Assembly: GCA_003427395.1 (NCBI GenBank)
Contig: BFEA01000009.1
Location: forward strand, 4,039,660 to 4,103,659
Source: Chara braunii
Taxonomy: Eukaryota; Plantae; Charophyceae
DNA: 64,000 bases
Direction of reading: 5' to 3'
Shown here: positions 50,268 through 62,704 of the stretch, one piece after another
Layout of the letters: the number at the start of each line of letters is the position of its first letter
How positions within the stretch are numbered: position 1 is the stretch's first letter
Position numbers and translations under genes: made by a program
The notes under the pieces: model-generated
Told to the model about the DNA's origin: nothing
The model's input: the letters and a program-made list of their open reading frames with translations, nothing else
Databases searched by the model: none

Positions 50268-51300
50268 ATGGACATAGGGGATGGAAACCTCACAGAACAA
50301 GAGAAGGAATATGTGGCTATGACCCTAAGGGATTGCGATAAGGCCATAGCCTTCGATGATTCGAAAAGAGGGAGGATAGACCCAAGGTACGCTAAGCCTG
50401 CCCGGATCCATACGATACCTCACGTACCGTGGAAAAACAGACGGTCGTGGAAGTATGCGCAAAAAGAGAAGGAAAAGATAGTGATCTTCATTAAAGAGAA
50501 GATAAAGACATTTGTCGCGGAACCTTGTGAGAGTGCCTACTCAAACAAGTGGTTCTTTCGGAGAAAAGGAGGTAGCAACAAACTAAGGTGGATCCAGAAT
50601 CTCCAAAGGACCAACGCGGTTACTACTCGCGGAAGGATCGGCGGGTCGCTCAATCTACTCAATCTGCGATCTCTTATCGGGCTATGATGAGATCCTCTTG
50701 GATTACCGAGATAGACACATGACCGCGATGCACACGCCTCTAGGGCTAGTTCAAATGATGGTGGTACCTATGGGGTGGACGAACGAAGTGGCGGTGTTCC
50801 AAGGAGCCATGATCGTGGTCCTCAAGGAATTCATACCGGATAAGGTAGAGGTCTTCCTTGACGACTTCCCAATAAAAGGGCCGGTCCAAAAGGATGAGAC
50901 AGAGGTCTTCCCTGGGGTAAGGAAGTTTGTGGTGAATAACATGGTAGATGTAACGGAGGTCCTCGCGAAATTAGATGACGCCAACCTTACCGTGAGTGGG
51001 ACTAAGAGTCGCTGGGGAGTATCATCGATCAAGATATTAGGCTTCATCTGTGACAAGGATGGGCGAATGCCCGATCCCGCGAAACTAAAAATATTGATGA
51101 CCTAGTCGTCGCTACTAAAGTCAATCACGGACGTGAGGCAATTTCTAAGGGTGGTGGGCTACTGAAGGATCTTTATAAAAGCCTACAGCGAGAAGGCGAA
51201 GCCCCCTAGACGACTGCTTAGGAAAGTTGAGGGATGGATCTGGGGAGAGGAGCAGGCCGCGGTCATGGAAACCCTCAAAAATGAATTCCGGGAAGGAGGA
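50268..51300 (+). pseudogene. pol: Reverse transcriptase
   Basis: LRWIQNLQRTN; AMHTPLGLVQMMVVPMGWTN; VFLDDFPIKG; internal deletion and stops. Confidence 0.92.
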
Positions 51301-51329
51301 CAAGTCTTGGGGCGTTTCGTTCTTCGAGG

Positions 51330-53325
51330 ACGAGGAGAACCGCCCATTCATAGTTTCCACGGACGCAGGACCATGATCCGTAGGAGAACTTCTGTCTCAA
51401 AAGGATCGAGATGGGAAAGAGAGACCCATGCGATTTGAGAGTTGGGCCTTGAATCCCGCCGAGAGGAGCTACAACCAATTCAAGAAAGAAGTGTTGGGGG
51501 TGTTGCACTGCCTAAAGACCTTCCGCCACTACATCTACGGGAGACGGTTCCTCCTAAGAGTGGACCAGACCGCGGTAGTCGCTGTCCTTCAAAAGGACTT
51601 CTCGCTAACCGACCCGACTATTGCTAGGTGGATGATCCATATCATGCTCTACGATTACAAGGTCGAAAGGATCTCTGGGGCCAGAGATCAGGTTGCCGAC
51701 GGGTTGTCCCGACTCCCAATCCGAGGCGAGGATTACCCGAGATTGGAGGAAGCAAGGCTAGCAATATCCAAGGATAAGATAATCCAAGTCACCGCTAACA
51801 AGGCGCAAGTAGAGGTGATGATCCGAGAGGAAGGCGAAGGCCCTAGGACGTTCTTCGCCAACCATTACGACGGAAAGTACCAAGATAAAGGGTTATACCT
51901 AGCGGGTCGAGAAGAAGGCACCGAGGTAATCAAGAGGGCGACGCTTGGGTATTGCCTACGAGGAGGACACCTCTTTAAGAGACCCACCAAGTTCGCAATC
52001 CCCATGCGGGTGCTTTGCGATCCGGAAGAAAGGAGGGCAGTCATAGAAGAGTTACACGACGGCGTCGTCGGGGGGCGTAGAGGGGTAAAAAGGACTTTTG
52101 ATAAAGTTCGCAGGCTCTATTGGTGGGATGGGCAGTACGCGGAAGTCGAAAAGTACTGTTTAACCTGTGAAGCATGCCAAAAGAGGGCGACCATCCGTTA
52201 CAAGGAACCCCTTGTACCATCGCTCCCCACCGTCTCAGGCGAAAAGGTCCACATTGATTTAGTAATCATGCCCAAAGGAATCGGCGGGCTTCAGTACATC
52301 ATTCATGCCCTCGATGACCTCACGGGATTCGTAGAAGCTAAGGTCATTAAAAAGAAGATGGTCGAGGATGTGAGTGACTTTCTCCTGGAATACATCGCAA
52401 GGTATGGGTGTGTCGGGAAGATAATCATGGATAGGGGGTCCGAGTTCCTAAGCCAAAAGGTCAAGGCAATATTGGAAAAGGCGGGGATTAAGGCGGCCTA
52501 CATGACTGCCTACCACCCCCAAAGCAATGCTCCGATCGAAAGAGGCCACCAGACGTTGGTAGATGCTTTGGCAAAATGGTGCAAGGGGTGAGATGAGCAA
52601 TGGCCAAAGTATTTGCGCTATGCAGTTTGGGCCGACAACATCACAATAATACTTGGAGTGTCACGTGGAAAACCAACATGACTAGGGGAGAGTTGTTAGA
52701 GGCGAGGATACAACAAATAGCAGAAAATCTAGACGCCGGACTTACCGACGCCGGGAAGAACATCGAGAAGGAGAGGGTGAAAGGGAAAGAAAGTTGGGAC
52801 AAGAATTTGCGGGTCCGACAAAAGCCGATAGGGACTAGTGACCTCGTCCTGATGTACGACTCATCCTTAGAAAAAACTTGGAGCAAGAAGCTAGCCACCC
52901 GGTGGATGGGGCCGTATCGGGTCTTAAAGAGACTGGATGGGGGAGCATACCTTCTTTCCAAATTGGACGGGGCTAGGTTACGGGACCCTATCGCGGCGGC
53001 TCACCTCAAAATTTTTCGATGGAGAGAGACCCTTAGGGAGGAACCAAAAAGGAAAGTAAAGGAAGCAGTCGATGCGGAGGTGGCCGCCACCCACGAGAAG
53101 GGAGACACTTCAAAGCAGGGGGCCTCTTCGCGACCACCTAAAAGGGGGTACAAGGTTCGGAGACCTCCCCAGCCAAAAACACCTAGGAAAAACAAACGGC
53201 CAAGGGAGGATGACTGTGATACTGACCAATTGGGGAAGCGTCGGATGAGAGAGAGAAGGAGCGATTTGATGAAAAGCCTTGAAGAGTCAAGTGCGAGAGA
53301 GAAGAGAGGAAGCGAAAAAAAGTGA
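51330..53325 (+). pseudogene. pol: RNase H and integrase with GPY motif
   Basis: TDAGP; ERSYNQFKKEVLGV; HDG...CEAC; HIDLV, MDRGSEF, YHPQSNAPIERGH; WMGPYRV; no chromodomain seen. Confidence 0.93.
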
Positions 53326-54111
53326 GGCGAGAGAGAAAGATGAGGAGGGGGAGACGGGTATAAAACCCCTAGAAAAGGGGGGGGGTCTATACCACGACTA
53401 GGGGAAGCTAGTGTCATAATTCCAAAGAAAGAAAGGCTAAGAAAGGATGTACCCTAGTTAGAAGAAACATGTACCATAGTTAGGAAGGAGGAAAAGATAA
53501 GGGGGGGACAGGGCTATAGTTAGGTGAAGCCACTTATAAACCGAAAAAGCGGAGGCCTGTACCATAAACCATGTAGGGAAAAAAAAGAAGGGAACGTAAT
53601 CCGATAGAGAAGGTAATGCAAACCGGGGAAAAAAAAATACGCATAACGAGTGTGTTAGGGGGAAAAGAGGGACCATTAGGTATGGGGAAAGGCATGGGAA
53701 AAGAAGGGTTACGAAAAAGCTCACGGGGACGACGAGAATTGGGGTGTGGGCTGGTTGTCGGGCGCCTGTCTACCAGTCAGATGCTCCCTTTTCTTTGATA
53801 AGAAAAAAAAAATTGCTTTGCTGCCTGCTTTTTTTTATGTTTTTGCTGAATGAATGCATGTGTCTGAATGTGTTCGGAAAGATTTTGGGGTCTCGGCCCC
53901 ATACTAACCCTTGCATGAGCTAAAGGAGTGGCCAGCACGACAGTCTCCAGCGGGGTCGCGCAGGCTGCAAAGGTCAGAGTTTTTTTAAGGGCGTGTTATG
54001 GGAACAGATGAAAGGGGAACAGGCTTTTGGCCAGCCGGAAATGAGGGAGTGGGAGAAGAAGAACGAGTTTGATGTCGGCAGCGGCCATTCCACTATGGGC
54101 GTACTTCGGCC

Positions 54112-55890
54112 CTATGAATCCCCCTCGGCGGCAGCCAAGCACGGCCGAATCCGCGGACGCGGCCAGTCCGCCGACCCCTCGGACGGGTCCGCGCTCCTTT
54201 GACGCCATGTGGCGGCCAGACGAGAAGGGGGTTGGGGATTCGGGAAGCGCCATGCGGCGGTGCAACCCCAGACCCACCCCCTCACACAAAGAAAAATGAA
54301 AAAAAGTTTAAAAAATCATTTTTTAATTGGGGGGGTTGGGCTATATTACGAGGAGAAGTNNNNNNNNNNNNNNNNNNNNNNNNNNNNNNNNNNNNNNNNN
54401 NNNNNNNNNNNNNNNNNNNNNNNNNNNNNNNNNNNNNNNNNNNNNNNNNNNNNNNNNNNNNNNNNNNNNNNNNNNNNNNNNNNNNNNNNNNNNNNNNNNN
54501 NNNNNNNNNNNNNNNNNNNNNNNNNNNNNNNNNNNNNNNNNNNNNNNNNNNNNNNNNNNNNNNNNNNNNNNNNNNNNNNNNNNNNNNNNNNNNNNNNNNN
54601 NNNNNNNNNNNNNNNNNNNNNNNNNNNNNNNNNNNNNNNNNNNNNNNNNNNNNNNNNNNNNNNNNNNNNNNNNNNNNNNNNNNNNNNNNNNNNNNNNNNN
54701 NNNNNNNNNNNNNNNNNNNNNNNNNNNNNNNNNNNNNNNNNNNNNNNNNNNNNNNNNNNNNNNNNNNNNNNNNNNNNNNNNNNNNNNNNNNNNNNNNNNN
54801 NNNNNNNNNNNNNNNNNNNNNNNNNNNNNNNNNNNNNNNNNNNNNNNNNNNNNNNNNNNNNNNNNNNNNNNNNNNNNNNNNNNNNNNNNNNNNNNNNNNN
54901 NNNNNNNNNNNNNNNNNNNNNNNNNNNNNNNNNNNNNNNNNNNNNNNNNNNNNNNNNNNNNNNNNNNNNNNNNNNNNNNNNNNNNNNNNNNNNNNNNNNN
55001 NNNNNNNNNNNNNNNNNNNNNNNNNNNNNNNNNNNNNNNNNNNNNNNNNNNNNNNNNNNNNNNNNNNNNNNNNNNNNNNNNNNNNNNNNNNNNNNNNNNN
55101 NNNNNNNNNNNNNNNNNNNNNNNNNNNNNNNNNNNNNNNNNNNNNNNNNNNNNNNNNNNNNNNNNNNNNNNNNNNNNNNNNNNNNNNNNNNNNNNNNNNN
55201 NNNNNNNNNNNNNNNNNNNNNNNNNNNNNNNNNNNNNNNNNNNNNNNNNNNNNNNNNNNNNNNNNNNNNNNNNNNNNNNNNNNNNNNNNNATTCCAAAAA
55301 AAAAAAAAAAAGGGTTGTAGGGCTTAAAATTCCCTACAACCCCTTTTTTTTTTTCCCTATGATTTAAATCAGGAAAATTCTGGTAAAATCGGGTCCACGC
55401 CACAAGTGAATTCTTATATTTATATATTCATTTACTTCTAATTTTTATTTCTAGTTCTTATATTTCAATTTATATAGAAAAGAATATTACTATGAATACA
55501 TACATATAATATGCAAATATTCTAAATAATTGTATTAATTATATGTAAATATTGTAAGTAATTACAAGCAATTACAATACAATAAATTCAATAGAGCAAA
55601 GTAAAGGAGATAGACCATTATCTAATACAATACAATGATAAATAAACAGAATCTTGTAATAGATACAATCTTAGAATAGTATGAATATTAGATATTGAAG
55701 AATATTTTATTAGAGAAATTTCTTCGTTTATTTATTCATATTGAAATCAATAGAATCTCAAATATTCTATTTTTTTTTTTTTTTTTTGATTACTAATTCA
55801 ATTCATGGATTAGGACGGCCGCGGACGCGGCCACATATGCGGCCGCCATCCGAGATCAGCCCCGCGGACGCGTCCGCGGGCGTTTCATAG
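54112..55890. mobile_element. Non-autonomous hAT-like DNA transposon spanning an assembly gap
   Basis: TIRs CTATGAATCCCCC / GGGCGTTTCATAG (11 of 13); imperfect 8-bp TSD cttcggcc / cgttggtc versus single cgttggcc in 5' LTR; subterminal ccgcggacgcg motifs at both ends. Confidence 0.72.
54360..55290. other. Assembly gap (N run)
   Basis: Continuous N run. Confidence 1.
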
Positions 55891-58800
55891 CGTTGGTCAC
55901 ACCAAGACGAGAGAAGCCGACTGGGAGCGCTGGAGGTAGTGAGCCCCGGGGATCGACCGAGAACCTATTTCGAGACGGGCCGCAACGAGGTTCGAACTTG
56001 CCCCGAGGAGTCACGACACAGCCTGGCCGCGGGGCCACGTAGGCTAGGCCAGAAGGATGATACAAATGGCGATCGCAAAATGCAATGGGTTCGCTCCTCC
56101 TCGAATCTGGTAGGGCCGGTCACTCGAGCTCTAGCAAACGGAGGTCGGTTCAATTGACTAGGGGATCAAAAAGAGGGAGGCGGGGCGAACGTATGGAGAC
56201 GAAAGAGGGGGGGGTCAAGCTAGTTGAACTCTAGCTTCAAGAAACCAGAATGGCAGGAGAAAGAAAAGAGAAAAAAAAGGGGGAAATGTGGCTGGATCGG
56301 ACGAAGAATGGATGAACAAGAAGCAAGAAACGGTTAGAAAGGAGCGCGTGATAACTGTCGCAGTTCGAAAGAGTTGAAAGGAGGGCCAGACAGGCCGTAC
56401 GAAAGTTGTTGGAATCGAGCGGGAACGGGAGGGCGCAACAGCATAGGCCGAAGCAAGAGAGAGTGAGGATGGGAAGATGGAATGAGGCGCGGGGGCAGGG
56501 AGCGAGCGAAGAAGAGAAGGTGGGATGCCTGGCGCGAAAACACGCAAGCGAAGTTTGGAGGAATCCGGTGTATGTGGAAAGATCGGCGAACCCGATATAC
56601 AAATATAGGGAACACTCACCGGAGAGCGAGCGCACGCGGGAACGCATGCAAAACGGGCGTAGGAGGTTCGGGATCCAAAAGGAACGTAGAAACGAGGGAT
56701 CATTGGGTGCAGTAAGAGTGAGCGGGATCGCGAAGTCGGCGGGAAGCTAAAAATTTTGGGATCAGCGCCAAAACGGAGGAAGGAAGAGACAAAAGGAATC
56801 AAAGGAGGAAGGTGTATAAAAGAGGGGGGAGGCGAACGTGAAGAAGGGAGGCGCATGTCAAACTTCAGTAGCGCTCGACAGCGGGTCGGCGCTCGGGCGA
56901 ACGCAGGAACGAGAAGCGCGGGCACGCGCGAAACCAGCGTACGTATGCACGGACGAGCCAGAAGAACGCACTTCTGAGTAGCCTGCGAAGGTGCGAGAGC
57001 GATAGGGGCATACTCGGGCTACTCTATGTGCCCGAACAAGCGGGGAAGGATCCGCGCACGAGCTGTGCGGGAGTGGGCGGGGAAGAGCCGACGAGTCCGA
57101 GGGTCCCAAGGCACTCTGGTGCGAGGTAGGAGGCGACGGTCGCGGCGTCAAGCCAGACCAGAGCGCAAGCGAGGAGGGCGAGAGGCGAGAGGGGCTCTAT
57201 GTGCGAGGTGCTACGTCAGAGCGGAGTGGTCCGGCCGCGGCGGGCCGTGCGTGAGAAGGAGCACGGAGGACGCTAGGCTGCGACACGGCTATCGATCCGG
57301 GCGAGGGGCGAAGGAGAAAGGAGAGAAGAGACAACGAAGGTGAACATGGAGGAGGAAGGGAGAGGGGGATTCTCGTGCGTTCGCGGTCGGGGGATTCTTC
57401 GAGGGATCGCTGGTTAGACAGGCCACAAGCTTCTCGGTGGGAGTTCGCTGGTTACGAGGCTCTCTTAGCTCGTCGCCAGGCTCGCTGAACACAAGCTCCT
57501 CAATTGCGAGATTCTACCGTGGAGTCCGCTGGTTACCAGGCTCTCACTTAGCTCGCTGATGACCCTGTCACCGGGTTTGCTGATTGCGAGTTCCTCAATT
57601 GCGAGATTCTACCTGGGAGTCCGCTGGTTACAAGGCTCTCACTTAGCTCGCTGATGACCCTGTCGCCGGGTTTGCTGATTATGAGCTCCTCAATTGTGAG
57701 GTTCTATCTGGGAATTCGCTGGTTACCAGGTTCCCGCTTAGCTCGCTGATGAGCCTGTCACTTGGCTCGCTGATTACGAGCTTCTCCATTGTGAGTACCT
57801 GCATGAGGTTGCGTGCGACGAGTTTTGCCGTTTTCAAGTTTTTTTTTATGATCACGAGCTCATTGGTTCGGGATTCCTCGGTTGCAAGTCTCCGCGCGTT
57901 AAAAATCTGCCGCACGTGCTCATTAGTTCTGAGCTCCTCATGGCGCTAGAGCATTACCAACCTCTGGCGGCATTCACCAATTACGCGGTAGCAGGCGCAC
58001 ACGGCGCACGTCCGCTGGTCAAGAGTTCCGGCCGGAGGGCTCCTCTGAGCTCAGATTCGGCCCTGAGGGAGAAAGGGAGAAGAAGAGAGGGAGAGAGGGA
58101 ACGATAAGGGAGAGAGAGAGAGAGAGAAAGGGGGAAGGAAAAAAGAAAGAGTTCTGTAAAGTGTGGCGAAGGTTCCACCTCTGTTCCGGAATCCGGCGCA
58201 GTCTGGCTCGTGGGATCGAGGCTGATTTTCTCGACTTTCATAAAAAGTGGTAAAGGTTCAATCTCGGTCTCTGGGATCGGTGCAGTCGGACTTGTGGGAA
58301 CAGTCAGGGTTTTTTTGAGTTTCGTGAAGTAGGGCGCATATCCAGTCTCTGTCCCCGGATTCTGTACAGTCAGATTCGTGGAAAAGAAACTGTGTTTTTT
58401 TTCTTTTCTTGAGTTCTGAAAAGCGTGGATTTCGAGTTCTGTAAAGTGTGGCAAGGGGTCAACCTCTATTCTGGAAACCGGCACAGTCAGGCTCGTAGGA
58501 ACGAGACCGATTTTCTTCTCGAACTTCATAAAAATGTGGTAAAGGTTCAATCCCTGTCTCTGGAACCGGGCGGTCTGACTTGTGGAGCAAGCTGGTTTTT
58601 ATTCAGTCACCGTCCCTGGATTCCGCACAGTCAGGTTCGTGGGGAGAAAAGTGTGGTAAACGTTCAGTCTCCGAGCGAGACTGATTTCAGCCAGTTCTGT
58701 AGAGTGGGGTGGGGTTCCTGCAGAAAAGCGTCCAGCCTCTGTTTTTTTGAGGTGGATACGTGAGGGTGAAGAGGGTCCTCTCGAGTCCCTTGGGGCAAGA

Positions 58801-61479
58801 TGGGTGCCCCACATAGGACCTTACGCCCGGGCTCTGTTCTTGAAGTCTGCGCAGCAGCAACAAGGGGGGGCGCCGGGTTCGACCGGAGGAGACGGCCGAC
58901 ACCGGTCCCCCCAACTTTAGGATGGCTGGGATAGTGGTGGTTTAACATCATAATGGCCTTGGGGGTTAACAAGTGTTTTGCAATGGGAAAAAATTAAAAA
59001 TAAAAAAGCCTTGGGGGCCTAGGGGTCTACTCCAGTGGCCGTATAACAAGATTGCAGCCTCTATAACAACACCGGAGCATGTTCCTCCTGTCATTGCCAA
59101 CAAGGACCCCTTCTCCTGCCTGCCGTTTTTTTCAACCCCATCCCTTTGGCACCTTCCACCAACACCCACCAAGCCGCTAGAATAATCTCTTTAGCCAACC
59201 ATCTCGACAGCCACCACTGCTACTAGCCACTGACAGTGGCCGGCCATCAATAGGGAAAGCTCTCTACATCTCATCGAGAAACCAGGAAACGAAACGAAAA
59301 CAATGCAGGGATACAAGGCGGGAGGGGGAGGGAGAGGGACTATCCATATCTCACCCATTGGTTGAGATCACGTGGATTGACACACTACGTCCACCTTCCC
59401 AGAGACCATCACATCTGGCACCAATCACCTGGCCGCTGTTCCAAAGCAGTGAGCCTTCCTCCTTCCCTCACTGCGCTCCATCTCTCCTCCTCTCCTTAAC
59501 CCCCTTCTTGGGCTTCGTCGCCCACCAAACAGCAGCCACACGGATGACAAAGACAACTATGATCATGAATGTTTCTGACCCATCATGGGGATTGCAACAA
59601 CGAGGACACTGATCCAGCCTGCTGCAGCTATCAATACATGCACAGGTAGATATAATGTCGTCGAGGACAACGAGCACTTCAACGGCTGAGGGCGAGGAGA
59701 ACAAGCACTTCACAAGCCGAGGGTGAGGACAACAGTCACTTCAATGGCTGAGCGGGCGTCTGCATTTTATAGGGGTGCCCATCTCAAGAAACAATCGCTT
59801 CATATGTGGCTCAGGGGGAGACCAAGAAGAAACAAAAGAATGTTGAGAAAGGCCAAAAAAAAAGAGCGTCATCGCCGCGTGCATCCTCTCCACTTCCACC
59901 GCTTCTGCTCTTCGCCGCTCGCATCCTCTCCTCTTCATTGCCCCGCTGCTGCAGACCACCAATTTTTCACACCACCCTCTTCTCCTCCTCCCCCCCTCCC
60001 TCCACTTCCACGATAAGCATCTTCTCCTCCTCGCTGCCCCGCTGCTGTTGTCTCACTGCTTATCCTCGCTACTGTTTCCTCAATTCATCTCCCTCCCCCC
60101 NCCCCGCCCCTTCCTCATCCTCCCCTCTCCACGTTACTTTCCTACACATCTTCGTGTCCTCCTGTTTCGGACCAAGTTTCATGGTATACTTTTAAAAAAT
60201 CATAATAATAAGTTCCATGGTGTGCCTAAACATCCTCACTCCATCTGCTCGTTTTTCTGCCCTTCATTTCAATCAAGGGCTCTCTCTGCAATAATGACAG
60301 CATCGTCCTTCCTTGAATTACGCAATCAGCAGAGTCGCAGCCCGACACATGTTTTCCACACACAAACAGCAGATAGATGTGTCCCGATAGACACATACCG
60401 GGTCGCTGCACTACTAGCCAACAGCCAACATTTGATTGCGTCTGGATATGGCATGGTCGGGAAACATTCAGAAAGAGCAACTACGCTCTAACAAAATAAT
60501 AAATGCCATGACAACAGCAGAAAGAGCAACTACGCTCGAAAACAATCATAAGAACAGAACGAGCAAATTACACTTCGAAACCGCCACAACAGAATAGGCA
60601 ATTACACTAAGAAACGACTATAGAAACACAGCAATTGCCCTCGAAAACAATAATCAAACACACCGGACTCTCCAACCGGGCAAGGAGACGGCGAGGACTC
60701 ATTCAATGCAAAAGCATTCAAAATCATTATCACATAAATGCCATCAACCCACACATGAGCGCCCAAACATGTACCGCATACATACTGTGACTGTGACGCA
60801 AATGTTAACAAGAAGAAGACTCATTTATTGTCAAAGAGTTCAAAATAATTATCAAATAAAATGTAACTGTCCTACACATGCGCACGGAAGCATGTACGAC
60901 ATATATACTGTGACACACATGTAGACATGCAGTACACGCAGGGCGCAAACATGCTCACCAGGACATCTCCAAATTGTGTAAATGTACAGACAAGAGTCGG
61001 ACAAAGACAAACTCGAGGAGACATCACTGAAGAAGCCACAGGGAGCGCGTGATGACGGACTTCGCCTCCGTGTGTCATATCGACCCACTTGCACACAGCC
61101 AAAAGGCGAAGAGGCAAAGAAAAGAGGAAGGGAACAGCCAAACATTACAGAACAGCAGGCAAACGAATCCTAGATGACAAGTGCCACATGCAGACACCGC
61201 CCCCGACAGCACAGGCCAAACGACGGGACAAACCAGCCAGGATTCAAGACACGGGAACTGTGAGATGGTTGAACGATGAGCCAGGCCATTTTCAACATAA
61301 ATGAATACCAGAGAACAGATTCTACCATATCCATAGCAAAGAATCTGAAGCAAAGAACACCTTATCTGCAAAAAAAAGAAAGACAATCCCAGATGACGAT
61401 TCCCTCGTAAAAGCACCGCCCCCCGTGTAGGCCGAACAACGGGAAATCGCCAACCAGGATGCCCCAAGACAATAAAAAA

Positions 61480-61712
61480 AGAAGAACCCGGATGACCGAT
61501 CCCACATGAAGCACCGCTACCATTCTCCCAAAATAGACCGAACAACGGGACAGAGCCAACCGGGATGCAGACAAGGTCACCAAAAAAAACTCCGATCCAC
61601 AGTGTGACAACCAAAAAAAAAACAGAACCCGGATGATTAGTCCCACATGAAGCACCGCTAAGCTGCCACACCAATAGACCGAACAACAGGACAAAACCAT
61701 CCGGGATACCAA
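61480..61712. repeat. ~140-bp-period duplication
   Basis: agaacccggatga...cccacatgaagcaccgcta...atagaccgaacaac at ~61484 and ~61624. Confidence 0.75.
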
Positions 61713-61859
61713 AACGAGAACCAAAACAAAATCTGCCATATACATAATAAAAAACGGAACCATACAGTAGGTCCGCAAAACGAAATACCCCAACCATGGG
61801 GAAGAGTAAAGCAGCAAAGGAGAAGCAAAATTATTTTCTACCATAACCGAAGAAATATA

Positions 61860-62000
61860 TATATATATCGTCAAACATATATATAGTCAAACAGAGCTGC
61901 CCGGTAAACCGTAGGCAGAGAGGGAGAAGAGGACAATAAACGAGGGGCTGTGAGAAACTGTTTTGTTGGAGTTTCACCGACAAGTGAGGAGGCTGAGCCC
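61860..62000 (-). repeat. Degenerate copy of the hammerhead-bearing terminal repeat
   Basis: Matches 22178-22287 in reverse complement; catalytic boxes mutated. Confidence 0.75.
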
Positions 62001-62279
62001 TCAACAGTCTGCAGAACCCCCTAACTGATTACACTAAGTGATAATCCACCTCAACCCCGGCTGTGGTCAAGCATCAACGACTGCCCGACAACTGATACAG
62101 TGAGGTGGGCACCAACCACTGCCCTCAAGGTACCTGTGGAAAAAGTCAAAGCAGACTATATATATATAGACGATATATATATATATATATATTTGACGAT
62201 ATATATATATATATCGTCAAATAGAACTGCCCGGTAAACCGTAGGCAGAGAGGGAGAAGAGGACAACAAACGAGGGGCT

Positions 62280-62333
62280 GTGACAAACTGTTTCGTCGGA
62301 GTTTCACCGACTCATCTATATATATATTGTCAC
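62280..62333 (-). ncRNA. Hammerhead-like motif with stem I present but first box disrupted by (AT)n
   Basis: GTGACA-ATATATATATA-GATGA-GTCGG-TGAAACT-CCGAC-GAAAC-A-GTT-TGTCAC. Confidence 0.55.
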
Positions 62334-62704
62334 ACTGAATCAGAGCACGAAGGCGAAAAAAAGTAAAACAAGGAAAGGAAAAGAACGAAGGAAAGCCCCA
62401 CCTGTTCATCACCTCTTACATGGAAGGCCAGCCATGTGGATGACAGGTTGAGCGCCGGCTGCCCCCATCCCCGTGTGTCACAAGGACCCACTTGCACGCA
62501 GCCAAAAGGCAAAAAAGAGGTAAAGAAAAGGAGGAGGAAACCAGACCTGACAGGGAAAGAAAGCGTATCAGTCAAACAAAGCAAATGACACATCCCACAG
62601 ATAATCAAATTGTCACAAAGCAAATACCACATCCCATAGATCAACATATTTTTTCTTTTTTCTTTTTTCTTTTTTTCTTTTTTTCTTTTTTTCTTTTTTT
62701 CTCT

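Larger units (their letters stand above)
36966..58901 (+). mobile_element. Element D: full-length giant Ty3/gypsy LTR retrotransposon with ~10 accessory ORFs
   Basis: Paired LTRs with TGTCGG...CCGACA termini, CCGG TSD (36962-36965, 58902-58905), PBS, gag-PR-RT-RH-INT. Confidence 0.95.
53756..58901 (+). repeat. 3' LTR of element D, interrupted by a hAT-like insert
   Basis: Starts TGTCGG, ends CCGACA, followed by CCGG. Confidence 0.93.

Noticed and set aside
54199-55403. Long ORFs of 318-373 aa
   Set aside because: Artefacts of the N gap.
58906-61060. Host gene in the flank after element D
   Set aside because: Only short low-complexity ORFs; no recognisable domain or exon structure.
61075-61874. 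Hydrophobic 240-aa and 170-aa minus-strand ORFs as membrane or env-like proteins
   Set aside because: Hydrophobicity comes from T/G-rich repetitive DNA; overlapping frames look alike and no motif is present.
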